Origin: Ramazzottius varieornatus
Taxonomy: Eukaryota > Animalia > Tardigrada
DNA length: 64,000 bases
Assembly (NCBI GenBank): GCA_001949185.1
Contig: BDGG01000005.1
Coordinates: forward strand, 2,643,972 to 2,707,971
Direction of reading: 5' to 3'
Position numbers and translations under genes: made by a program. The notes below the pieces were generated by a model. That model did no database searches. It saw only the letters and a program-made list of their open reading frames with translations, and had not been told where the DNA came from. Of the stretch, positions 38,563 to 50,514 are shown one piece after another. Each line of letters begins with the position of its first letter. The stretch's first letter is position 1.

Positions 38563-39187
38563 ATGGAGAGTCAACCCCCGCTATACAATCCGAAGCAGCC
38601 GATGCCTCCTTCTGCTCCCGCTCCTCCTTACAATCCTCAACAACAAGCCATGTATCAACCTCAACCAGCTTACCCGCCAAATCCCTACCAAGTTCCGGAA
38701 CAACAGCCCATGCTGATGCATCACAATTCTCAGCCGCAAGTCATGTACCAACCGAACCCTGTAAGTGGTTTTCTTTGCCCCGTGCAACGGCATCGTATTC
38801 CTCTGTTACTATGTATTTTTTTCCAGGGAATGATGCATCACACAAACACCATCGTTGTAGCTCCAGGAGGAAACACCGGACAAAGAACAGTCGTCATCGA
38901 GTGAGCTCCATTTGATCTGTAGTCGTTCAACTCAACTGGAAGTGAATCAAGAAAATGTATGTCAATCAATCGAATGATGGGTTTGTCTTTGCAGGAAGAA
39001 ACGCAAGATGCAGCACTGGCTTCATTGCCTGATTACCATTCTGTTCCCTCCGTGGGTCTTCGTCTGGATTGTTCTGGTAAGAGCACAAACCTCTAGCTTG
39101 TTCAAGATTCACCAAAACTCGTTCGTCTTTTTTCAGTGCATTTTCAACAGCAACAAGAAGCCGAAGCAGACGGTTGTGCAAGTCTGA
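38563..39187 (+). CDS. Small Pro/Gln/Tyr-rich protein with a C-terminal membrane segment; exons 38563-38760, 38827-38900, 38995-39076 and 39137-39187
   Basis: GT-AG junctions keep frame: MESQPPLYNP...PAYPPNPY...VVIEKKRKMQHWLHCLITILFPPWVFVWIVLCIFNSNKKPKQTVVQV*. Confidence 0.8.
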
Positions 39188-39534
39188 TCCAGAAAGAAGC
39201 TTTCCTTCTCGAAAAATGTTTACCGTGGCCGGCTGAGCTCCCTTGAGGTTTCTCCACACTTGGGATTTCGATGCTTTCTTGTACGGTCGTTTTCTCAGAT
39301 GACTTTACTGATACCATGAGTTTTGTGATTTTATCCGTGTGAAACTTTTGCTTCTAGTTCCATACTTTATTCAAATTTTTCAGCTATTCATTTGTAGAAT
39401 AGGTTTAAGGAACCTTTTATCATGTGATGTTCTCTCCTTTCATTCAAACCTTTGGATAAAAGTTCCCCTTTGAGTTTATCCTGATGAATACAAAATGTAC
39501 ACAGCGAATAAAACCAAACCGAAGCTGAGTAAGA

Positions 39535-42500
39535 CTACAGCTTCTCCTCTTTCTTCTTCTTGTTGAGTACCGTTCCCGGTTTCGTCTGGGCCTTCTTATG
39601 GTTATCCAGTTCCGGTGGACAATGACTGACCGGACTACTCTTCAACAGCAACCTCAAATCATAGAAGAGTTCTTCGTCAGGCGAGTTGGGTACCAGGAAG
39701 GAGATGGCCACACCGTTCTTGCCAGCACGACCTGTTCGACCGATCCTGTGCGTGTAGTCTTCGATGGTCTTGGCCATGTCGAAGTTTATGACTAGCGAGA
39801 CGTTCTGAATATCGATACCACGACCAGCAACGTCAGTAGCCACCAGGATGTCCTTGTCGCCCTTCTTGAGACTGGCCAGTGCGTATTCACGCTGTTCCTG
39901 GCCTTTACCACCGTGAAGGGTAACCGCCTTGAACTCTTGCTTCTCCAAAGCCTTAGCCAGAACATCAGCACCCTAAAAGCAACAGAAAGTCAAATTCCGG
40001 AAAAGTGGTATTCCAGAAGTAGTTCAGCAAACACGGCAAGATCGCTTTCATAAGTGGCGCACTCATGCAGCCGGTAACACTGAAAACGTGCGCCACTTAG
40101 GAAAGCGATCCGAGCCCGTTCCTAACTGGAGCCCTTCCCAAGTGGCGTGAGTTTACGGCCCTATTGACTGAATGCGTGCGCCGCTTGGGGCAAAGTTCTT
40201 GTCGGGTTCTCTGCCTCGGTCCTATTTCGAAAAGAAATCAAAAAAAAACATGGTGATTGAGTTTTACGGGTACCTTTTTCTGGTTGACGAATATAATGAT
40301 AGGTGGTTCATACTTCCCAGCCAGGATCTCCAGCAGCTTCTTCTTCTTCTGGCCTTCCGCCATCATGTAGACGATTTGTTCCACACGATCGACAGGCTTG
40401 CCGGCTGTGCCGATGTGGACCACGGCAGGACGACGAAGGTAGCTGCGCGCTAGACGTTCTACAGCGGCAGGCATGGTGGCTGTGAACATGACCGTTTGTC
40501 GGAACTTTTGCTTGGTAGCGAAGTTGGCAAGAAGAGCCTTGTCGTCCTCGGCTTCGTCCGTGTCGGGTTTTTGGTTCGTCAGCGGCATGTAGTCCAGAAT
40601 CTTTTGGACGTCACCTTCGAAACCCATGTCGATCATACGATCCGCCCTATCAAGAGAAAACTCGGTTCGAATCTAAACTTTATGAAAAATTGAGGTGCAA
40701 GTTGCACTTACTCGTCAAGAACGACGTAGGAACACTGCGATAAGACCAAGTATCGGTTCTCTAGGACGTCCAGAAGACGACCTGGAGTAGCGATGACGAT
40801 CTGGCATCCAGGCAAACGGAAGCCTTGGTCTTCTCTCGAGACACCTAGAAGCGGGAGAAAAGCGGATTACGCAAAACATTTGAGAAAGTACTCACAAGAA
40901 AACATTTACCTCCGATGACGGCAACAGTTTTGATGCCCAAAGGTTCCCCAAACTTGATCGTCTCTTCCTCGATCTGTTGGGCCAGTTCTCTGGTAGGTGC
41001 CATGATAATGGCATAAGGGCCCTGGTCTGTGTCCCCAACACGTTCCACCTTGGGTAGAGACGTGATCCACACCAGAAGAGGGATAAGGAACGCGGCTGTC
41101 TTACCGGAACCTGTCTCAGCTACACCAATGATGTCGCGGTTCTGCAGACCGATCGGGATGGCTTGCCGCTGAATGGGTGTGGGCGAGGTATATCCGACCT
41201 TTTTGATGACTTCCATGATCTGATCGGGAATGCCGGCTTCATCCCACGAACGGAAAGGATTCGGGATCTTACCTCCTGCAAATAAAGGGCAAATCACCTC
41301 CGGTCAATCAATAAGCAACCTGGAACCAATCAACTGGTACATCTAATCTCCAGCCGTTATGTGACGTCACCGCGATGTTTATCACGGGTGACGTCATAAT
41401 TGTGCCTTTGTTTTTGCGTATCAGTTAATACGATCAGTGCAAATCGTATTACCTTTGATGACGATGTTATAATCTTCGCGGAAGATTCTCCAGTCCCTTT
41501 CGTTCATCTCGTCGGGGTCTTTCTCCGACCAGTGACGATCATCGTACCTCGTCTTTGCTTCCTTCGCTCGAAGCTTGTCTTTATGCGTTTCCGCTTGCTG
41601 TTTCTCCGCCTGATTCCTCCTCTTCTCGATGAGGTCCTGGTAAAACTTTGCATTCTTCTTCTGGCTTTTAATATCCACCCCGCCAATATGGCCTCTTCCG
41701 AAGAACTGTATCTGGTGTTTAGCTTTGTATATCGGGTTATAATCTAAGCTCGTGTCTTCCCCTGCATCCCAGTCAAAGACAAACTTCCGTTCATTCAGCC
41801 GTCTCTGCCTTCTGCGGCGACGCTGCGTCACACCGAGGTAGCGTTCTTTGATCGCTTGCTCTTCTTTCAGCTTATCACTATCCGCTTCGCCATCCCTACC
41901 TCGCCGCCTGGAACCGCTGGGTTCGTCGTCTGATTCACTGCCATTTGTGTAGTCGGAGTCCGCTCCGCCTACCCTTCGGCGCTCCTGCTCGCGTTCTCTT
42001 TCTCGCCTCCGCTCGCGTCGCTCACGACTGCGCTGTCTTTCCCGTTCACGATCTCGATCACGGCGATCTCGACTCCCTGAACGATCCCTTCGTCCCCGAT
42101 CTGACTTCCTGGCTTCTTGCTCAAAGTCTGTCCTCTTCTTCCGTTCTTCCTCCTGCTTCGCACGGACAGCGGCTACTTCTTCCTGGCGTTTCCGTAAGGC
42201 TTCTGCAGCGCGCTCTTCCTTCGTCAGGAATTTCGGTTTGGCTTCTTGTTCTTCCTCAGCCTTCTTCTTCGCGAGAATCTCCTCCAGGGAGAGAGGTTCA
42301 GCTGCCTTTGGCTTGACTTCTCCGTCTTCCTCTTCTTCCTTCTTCACACCGTTTGTCTTGTTCGAGTGTCCAGGCTTATCATCTCGCTTCTTGTCCGAAT
42401 GATCGTCGTCACGCCGTCGTTTCGTCCCATTTCGTCCTGATGGGGAACGGGAGCGGGATCGATTACGTCTCCTGTCACCCTCAGCGTCTCGGGAACGTTC

Positions 42501-42626
42501 AGAATCACGATGTCCATCCCCTTTGCGATCAATATTGTTCCTGGTAGACGAATCTTGGTCATTATGACGGCTGCGAGAATCTGTCCTGTCGGAGTTCAGA
42601 CGACGTTGATCCACGGCTGAATCCAT
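39535..42626 (-). CDS. DDX23: DEAD-box RNA helicase DDX23/Prp28 (U5 snRNP), multi-exon
   Basis: RS/RE-rich N-terminus, [22 protein letters not shown]...[31 protein letters not shown] and [10 protein letters not shown]. Confidence 0.96.
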
Positions 42627-43246
42627 GTTCTTCAACCAGCGACCTCCAACATACTCGTTGATATCCGAACAAGAAATTATCAGTTCCACTTGGAGATGCA
42701 AGGGAGCGGATGAGAAACGGACCCGGAGGAAAACGGACTGGAAAGTTGGAAAGTGAGTGAAGAAAGTCAAGAAACAAATGAAAATTCATGGCTCAAACGA
42801 TTGATTGTCGCTCGCGTGTTGATCGATAAAGTCGCTTTCCAAAGTAGGCGTGTCCTTCTTTGAATGCGATTAGTCCAGCCACTTACGCATGTTACATATG
42901 ACATGACAGGACAAAACGGTTGTAACACTGAATGCCGACCGGAAGTGCGTGTGCAGGAACCAATGGATCTTGAACGGAAGATTCTCCTTGCACGGACAAG
43001 CCCTCTGATAGAGAGAATTAAGGCCTATCTAGAGCCCACCAGAAAAGTGGAGAATCCATGATCAGCGAGCTGGGTGACCTGGGTCGTCTCACTACGCGGT
43101 AAACCAACAACTTTCGCTAACAATGTCATAGAAGCTTTGAGCCAGTAGTAGTTACTGTAAGTCTATTCCTGGCGAAAAAATTCAGGACCACGGGTTCAAA
43201 AACTTAACAAGAGTGCTAACTACTCCGCATGACATGGCTTGTCTTC

Positions 43247-46200
43247 CTAGTCGAACAGCGGACCCCAGTCATCTGCCGGTTGGCAAAGATTTTTGACACA
43301 TTCTAGTACCGACATGTTCTGGTTCCGTCTGATGACTCGATATATCAAGGTCCCTGGAACCATGCTCACAGGGATCAGCGCGATCAGCCAGCCGACCACC
43401 TCGGCCCACAGGGGGAAACTGGGTTCTGTCAAGGTCCGACGATAGCTCGCCCAGTAGAACACCATAGAGCCCTTAACAGAAATGTCAGTTTGGCACCATG
43501 TAAAGGTTGACGTCTTTTGTGGATGAAGCGTCACGCACTTACTGTTATCAAGCTTGGAATGGATACCAGCCAGCAGAACTTCCAGTAGACGGACATCCTC
43601 ATCCAGGGCGTCGGTCCTAGCTGAAAGATGGAACCAAGCATAAAAAAAATCGAAAACGAGCATATCAGCCGTGACCGCTGCCAATCAAAATCGTCCGACC
43701 TAACCATCATTTCGATATCGTTGCATAACCGATTGATTCCGTAAACCTGTTAATAAAATGGCGTATTATACATTCATTAATATTTTTTTCCCACGCAGTT
43801 CGGTAAATGTCTTCATACTTGTATGACCTGGTGGAAACTTACAAATACAATGGCAATATTTTCGAGCAGGGCAATCACAAGCACGGTCCAGCTAGCTCCG
43901 TAGTCCTAGAGCACCAAGTAGAGTAGATTACTTTGCACTTCGCCATATTTTGGAAGTTTGATCTGCTTACGTTGAGCAGGGTGAACCAGTATAAGCCGGC
44001 CTATGGTGACGAAAAACAAGTAGGTACCTTAGTACGTCTCGAAAAACACTTGAAATAGTGATTAGAGCTCTCGTCACCCCAGTGCACATCGGAAGACCCA
44101 GCAGGAACAGCACAATGCAGCAACCCCATAATAAAGATGTCCGATGTGGCATGATGGCCGGAAACTTCTCCGCTAAGGCGATGACTACGGTCTCCAGAAC
44201 AGCTACCACCGAATCAGCCCCTGAAAGCGATAAACCAATTGTGCCAAAACAAAACCCAAACAAGCTTCGGTATCATATTATCTCACCCAGTGTGGCCAGC
44301 ATGAAAAAGAACAAAATGGACCAGAACGTCGGTATGGGCATCCGGAGAATCGCTTCGGGGAAAGCAACGAATGCCAATCCCGAACCTACGAGCAAGACGC
44401 AACAGCGTCAGGTATATATCGGCGTATTGTCCCATTCATGCAAGGTGCTATACGTTATACCGGCTTGCACAACGTCATGGATCGGCTCGCCACTTTCATG
44501 CGACAGGAACCCAAGGACCGCAAAAATCGCACACCCAGACAGGAAACTGGTCAAGGTGTCAGCGCAGAAAATTGTCAGAGCATCTCTAGAAAATATTCGT
44601 GAATTTATTTACCTACATTAAGTTTTTGGTGGGCTTAAGAGGGTAGTTCCTTTCTCACCTCAGACAATTATTCTGGAACCGATTGTAGCTGGACAAAGTC
44701 ATCAGACCTCCAAAAGCTACGCCCAGTGAAAAGAGCACTTGTCCTGCTGCGTCGATCCACATATTAGGGTCCGCCAGTCTTTTGAAGTCGGGCACGAGAT
44801 AATATTTCAACCCCGCTAGTGCACTAAAACAACGAGCATGTGCTATTTCGTCCAAAGCACGGCGGACCGAAAGTTGTTACCCTTCCAGCATCATCCCTCT
44901 GATCAGGAAGGCGAGCAAGACAAGATATGGAAAGGTCGCCGTGAAGTACACTATCTACGGCGAGCCAATGTTGATTTTCATTGCTTCAAATATTACAACG
45001 AGCTGCGCATCCTTCGCTCACCTTTCCTGAAAGCAAAACACAACGTCATCCATAACGCCGTCATATCGTGATGGAGGTTCTGACCTACGTACCCGAGGTC
45101 CGAATGCCTTTGAACAGACATACCAACGTCAAGGACCAAGAAGCGGCCAAACAAGCCACATTCTGCCAACGTAGTTCCCCCCAGTGATCGATGCCATCGC
45201 TCAGACCGAGAACGTTATACCTGTAAGAGTGGATGTAAGTCACTTTGGTCTCCCGAAACGATGTTCAACCCGACGTCTAACTTGGTTTCAGTACTTGAAA
45301 TATTCTTCGGTGGGGAGAACACGGTGTGTTGCGTTGACGAGCTCTTTTGTGATGTTGAGGTAGTCCGCTTCGACAAACTCGAAACACGTCTGGTTGTAAA
45401 ACACATTTGTCCCATTTTCTGCGATGCACGCATCGTCGTCTTCCTTGCGGAAACAATCTACAAAATTTCATCCTTTTGTCTGTCCTCCAGTGAATATTTC
45501 AAAGTTGCCTACGCTCTGTGTTCCACGTGAGGTTGCATAGCCTATAGGACACTTCTTCTCGGAAAGAGTCGAACAAATACCTGCAAGTGTGATGAATTTT
45601 ACAAATGAGGCTGTGGACCCTTGATCAAAAGGACAAACAGTACAGGCGCCTGGTCTAGTCACCGTTTTGGACAAAATTTCCGGCCACCGGCCGAAGGCGG
45701 CCGCCGCTGGCAACACTGAACAATCAATCGGAGCGCTGCCGCTTTCGGCCGGTGGCCGGTAATTGTGTCCAGAATGGTGATATTAGGCCAGGTGAGTGGA
45801 CTAACATGATGACCCAGCCGTTCAAGACGTTGTAATAGAACGTGATAAGCAACGATGCGGCAACCATGGCGTACCCAATGCCTGAAACAATGAGCAATAC
45901 AGTATTTAATGCCGGACTTAACCTATCCGTAGACAGAGGATTGTCAATAATTATGTTAGTCTCACCTTCAAACAATGGACAGGCCTTCCACACGTTTAGA
46001 GACCCACAACGTGAAAACTGCCCCAGTGACATCTGCGAGAACAGAGCGTACTTTCAACTTGGAGGATAGGCAGGAGTTGCAAAAAGCAAGGTCCTTACCT
46101 CCAGGAAAAACAGTGGCCATCCCACGAAAATCAGCATGATGAAATACGGTACGAAAAATACAGCCCCGCCGTTTTTGTACACTAGGTACCTGTGAAAGGT

Positions 46201-46640
46201 AACTGTCGTGGCTTTGGCTTCCGGTACCGTGAGCCAACGTGTCGAAGCACAGTACTTACGGGAACCGCCACATGTTTCCAAGTCCGACGGAATATCCCAT
46301 ACAGCTCATAAGAAAGTCCAGCTTGCCCATCCATTCTGCTTTCTTGGTTCCCGGCCCTTCTTCCTCTGCTACGTAGTTCAGCGAAACGGGCGATATCTTG
46401 CGGTGGAGAACATCATGTGGAATCGGAGGTGAAGGAAGTGGCACGTCGATACAGACCTAAAAATAGTGGAATCGTCTTCTCATTTCCTGTCGATACGTCA
46501 CTAGCAGAGGAATTTGACGGACCTCATTGAGGTCGACGGCATTTTCTTCCGGGATCTCCACGTCATCGTTCTCGTTACAGCACGAACACACGCTAGTTTC
46601 CGACAGAACGGAAGTCCTTCCATGCTGCTCTGCGGTCATG
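43247..46640 (-). CDS. SLC6 sodium/chloride-dependent neurotransmitter or amino-acid transporter, multi-exon
   Basis: [74 protein letters not shown] and PADDWGP. Confidence 0.93.
45643..45798. mobile_element. MITE in an SLC6 intron
   Basis: TGGACAAAATTTCCGGCCACCGGCCGAAGGCGGC pairs with GCCGCTTTCGGCCGGTGGCCGGTAATTGTGTCCA. Confidence 0.75.
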
Positions 46641-48058
46641 TCGGTGATCTTCGCGCATCGTCTAGCGGTAAAATCAGAATTGATGTGACTTTCATAAGCA
46701 AGCAAAGGATCTTGTTCAGCAGTTATGCTCGAAGGAGGTTGCCATACCCGTGTATCCGATCTTCAGTGGTGAATGAGGTACGAAAGACCAACTTGAGGCC
46801 ATGACAAGTACCGGCTCCAAGAGCTCATGCCGGAAACCGACCATTAACCCAATTGCTCAGACAAGGTTTATTCCGGCTTTGTATGTACATGAGTATAACA
46901 CATCGCTCGACACCAAATCGGTCCAACAGGTACATTAATTTATGCGACGAACCATTCTGCGAGTACTGTACTGTGGAAACATTGAGAATGTACCATGAGT
47001 GAGCCCTGTAAAAGACCACACGGTTAACACTCTTCTCCGTACAACGCCAGAAGTGGTCATTGGCCATCCTCAAACAACCTATGTACAGTATGCAATCCCT
47101 TCTTCCTCGTCCACTTCCTTCTCGCTGTTTTCGTTCTGATCCGGGTCGTCTTCTGCCACCAAATCAGGTTTCCAGCCAGAATGGTACGATTGTTCCGTCC
47201 ACGGGTTATCTAAGCGCTTAAGATGAAGATCAAGATGCTCGTCGTGGAAGTAGTCCCGTCCGCCACCACGAGCCCACTCACAGTCAAAGCGCACCTGCAT
47301 GAAGATAGTTTTGAGAATATATAGCGCAGTCGCGTGGGGTAGGGATCTGCTTTTCATAGATTCTGGGAAATCCCGGGACGCAGTACAAAAACCGACGAAC
47401 CCTAGAAAAATCTATAATTATCGTTACTGGTACGATTAGCCTAAACGCAGTACAGTAGATCAGAAATGTCGGTTAATTCGATGTCGTAGGGAGCTGTATC
47501 CAGTACCAGCTAGAGGTGCGACGACAGCTCACAGCGCTGCTTCTTCCGTCCGGTAACGGATAGGCTGGGTTCCCCGACGGTTCAATGACGCAGAAAACTT
47601 GGTTTCTGCAACAATCAACAACATAATTATAGAGCGGGTGGTGTATGTCGAATTGATAGTACTGTAGTGCTACCAAATTATCGCGCACTCAACCACGTGA
47701 ACAGTAAATGATGCCCGGGTGAGAGCCAGCAGGGCTAAACTGATAAAATCTGATCGCACTGGGCAGCGATGACTCATCACGTGGCTCAGTGCGCGATAAT
47801 TTGGTAATAGAGAGGTTGATGTCTGACTTGATCAGTGTTCAGCACAGGTTTAGCACAGTAAGCAAGCTCCGCCCCTTGGCTACACTAAACCAGCAGAGGT
47901 TGCGGCTTGCACTACGCAAACTCGTGATTAGCATACCTCACGTACGTACGCGTTCGATAAATTTTTAATTTTATTTTTCGCCTTACCAGTAACTGTAGGT
48001 TTGCCCTACTTTCAGTCCTTAACTGTGTAGTTTTCCTCGAAATTTGTAGCTGTACACC

Positions 48059-48828
48059 ATGCCTCTCCGTAGCGGTCGTGTCCTTAAGCTTCCCAGAGAA
48101 AGTTCGACAACGGTCCCTTCTAAGAACAAGAAAGAGCCTAAGAAGAAGAAGCAAGGTACAACCCCTGTTGAGCCGGCCTCAGTTGTCAGCCCTGTACGTT
48201 CGCCTTCTCCGCCGATAGTCCTTCCTTCCCCACCTGCGCCTGTTTTGCCTCTTCCCACTGCTACTGCTCAAACTATCCCCGGAGAAGAGAACTTCCCACC
48301 TCCGGTTGCTTCAACGCGGTTCAAGCGTCTCAACGCCAAAGTGACAAAAACATGGTAAGTCTATCTGCTGTACATACATTGATTGACGGTGTTGACTAAG
48401 TACGTTCCGCAGCGCAGACAGACTTACCAACCTTTCGTCACTTAGGCTTCTGGGAATGTTTGAGCTTGACGCGTCAACCGACGTAGATCGTGATGGCGCC
48501 ATCGACTGCTTGTTTGCTCAAGGAGAATGTGGAAGAACAGGAGAAGGATCAGTGGACCAAGAAAACAGTCCACAGTCTGGCCACCAGTGTCAGGCTCAAT
48601 ATTCGACTCGTCTTCGCACAAGCAGCAGAGTTCTCTGGGATTAACGTTCCGGTCATCTCAGGAAACGGAAACGATGACAAAAACAAGCTTCGTAGAGTTC
48701 GGCCAACGAACACCGCCGTGGACATTATGCAAGAACGTGAGTGCTTGTGTTCTACGTTTGACGTCACTTTGTATTTTGACAAATCGTACCTTCCGTATTT
48801 GCAGATTTCCCTGGACATCCTTTCTTGA
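48059..48828 (+). CDS. Extra spliced ORF inside the Harbinger element, unknown function
   Basis: MPLRSGRVLK... Lys/Pro-rich exon ending at a GTAAGT donor (about 48355); downstream ORF 48490-48828. Confidence 0.4.
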
Positions 48829-49117
48829 TCGAAAGATTTGGGTGAAGAAACTTGTCATTTGGTTCTAGTGCTCAGTAGAGTGCGTTTTAGAAACGTCCTT
48901 TGATCTATTGTTGGCTTCTCTCGTCTCTGACAATCTAACATACCACCTGGACCTGCAGTTAATATTTAACTGCAAATCCAACAAAGCTACAGTTGAGCCT
49001 ACAGGGAAATCCAAAGTAAACGCAACAGTAAAAGCTACGGTGAATAGTACAGTAAAGGCTACAGTCAGGATAACAGTTCAATGTACAGAATCAGAAAACC
49101 AACGAAGAAAGATGCAG

Positions 49118-49773
49118 TTAACCCCACAGTTGAGGGTGAGGTGCGGTGATTCCTGCTAGATATTCTTCCAGCGAGGGTGCCAACACGCCGAATGTTATTC
49201 CACACAGAGATTCATAACAGCAAGTGTGAAGACTAGTCAAAGCTACGGATACAATGTACTGCTTCGCGACCGGCTGTAGCAGGATTTTCTGATTTTTGTG
49301 AAAGTCCGTGAAGGCAAATTGTTGCACTATTTTCCCGAATGACCTCTACAGCTACTCTCACCTGCGCCAAGATTTCGTTGTAACGGATTTCACGCTTACG
49401 CTTCGCATTCCGATGTGGTGTTATGAGAACATCGCTCAGTAAGTAGGCTGGATCGCCGTATAGACGGAACATTTTAACAATGGTAGCATTTTACTCTGTA
49501 ATCGTTCCAGCAAGCGACTTTCCCGAAATATGTGCGAATCGTGCCTCGCTCATTCGACAGGTCCGGCCAGATGCACTCTGCTAAATCCACCAAACGGCAC
49601 GGGTAGGAGAGTCGGTTCAGCAACAAGCAGAGGACTTCTTCTGACGCAACCACCATACGATTTCGCAGTCTGAAGTTGAGCGGAAAATGTAGCAGGGTGT
49701 GGATACGGATGATGTCCGCCTTGAGGAATCGGAACGTCTCCACACACTTTCTCTCTGACATCCAACTCAGCAT
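49118..49773 (-). pseudogene. Harbinger-type DDE transposase with the central region deleted
   Basis: FRFLKADI...LLLNRLSYPCRLVDL, then LYGDPAY...YNEILAQVRVAVE...FAFTDF...LTSLHTC...FGVLAPSLEEYL. Confidence 0.85.
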
Positions 49774-49845
49774 GAAGGGATTCTTCTTCCGCCATCTGGT
49801 TCATCGTCTCTGACTCCAAGTCTCTGACTCCAACTGCCTGATATT

Positions 49846-50514
49846 TCAAAGCATCCATTTGCGTACAATGGTAGCTTCAATATCTACCTTCTTTTTCTTT
49901 TTCTTCATCTTTCTCGAGCTTTCCGAGCAGCTGTCACTTTCGGTTGAAGAGTCATCATGAGTAGAGCCATCGTTATCTGGCTTCTTCCTGCTATAGATTT
50001 CCATGGCCTTCTGTCGGATCTCCTTCCTTTTCTCGTTGCCCTCAAGTAGTCGCTTCTTCTTGAGAGCAGGAGCTGAAGCTGGCCCAGCGCAGGTGGAAGG
50101 AACGATCTTCTCGTCCGTAGCAGCGTTTTCGATATCAGCGTCACGCTGTAACGCGAACAGATTCGCCTGGCCCACCTTTAGCTTGGTGACACTTTCTGTC
50201 GTTCCACTCTTCCATCTTGCTTTGTTGTCGTTGGCTTGAAACTTCTTCAGTAAGTTATCGTAGTGAAGCTTGTAGCATCGCACTTCTCGCTGGAATCCGT
50301 TGAAGGCGTCCATAGCGATTTTGACATCTTTCCAGCCGGCCTGAGCGGTATTAAACATCGACTTCTTCTCCTCGATTCCGTTGCATAAAGCAATCTCTTC
50401 TTCCAGACTGAAGTCCCTCCGTGGTTTACCTGAGCTGGAAGTTTCTGCTATAGACAGGTCATGAGCGTCTGACCCATCGACTCGTCCATCGTGATCACTG
50501 ATATCAAAAACCAT
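49846..50514 (-). CDS. Myb/SANT-like DNA-binding partner protein of the Harbinger element
   Basis: FSLEEEIALC...WKDVKIAM...CYKLHYDNLLKKFQANDNKARWKSG follows the trihelix/Myb-like pattern and lies directly upstream of the transposase. Confidence 0.75.
   Translation of the reverse strand: MVFDISDHDGRVDGSDAHDLSIAETSSSGKPRRDFSLEEEIALCNGIEEKKSMFNTAQAGWKDVKIAMDAFNGFQREVRCYKLHYDNLLKKFQANDNKARWKSGTTESVTKLKVGQANLFALQRDADIENAATDEKIVPSTCAGPASAPALKKKRLLEGNEKRKEIRQKAMEIYSRKKPDNDGSTHDDSSTESDSCSESSRKMKKKKKKVDIEATIVRKWML

Noticed and set aside
41358-41400. Paired TGACGTCA (CRE-like) palindrome in a DDX23 intron
   Set aside because: Short, with no independent support for regulatory function; could be a MITE remnant.
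41945-42547. Plus-strand ORFs overlapping DDX23, and similar antisense ORFs over pol, the cyclases and SLC6
   Set aside because: Shadow frames of real coding sequence on the opposite strand; no motifs of their own.
47079-47357. 92-aa acidic-tailed ORF
   Set aside because: Possibly a gene or TE fragment, but no recognisable motif or supportable gene model.
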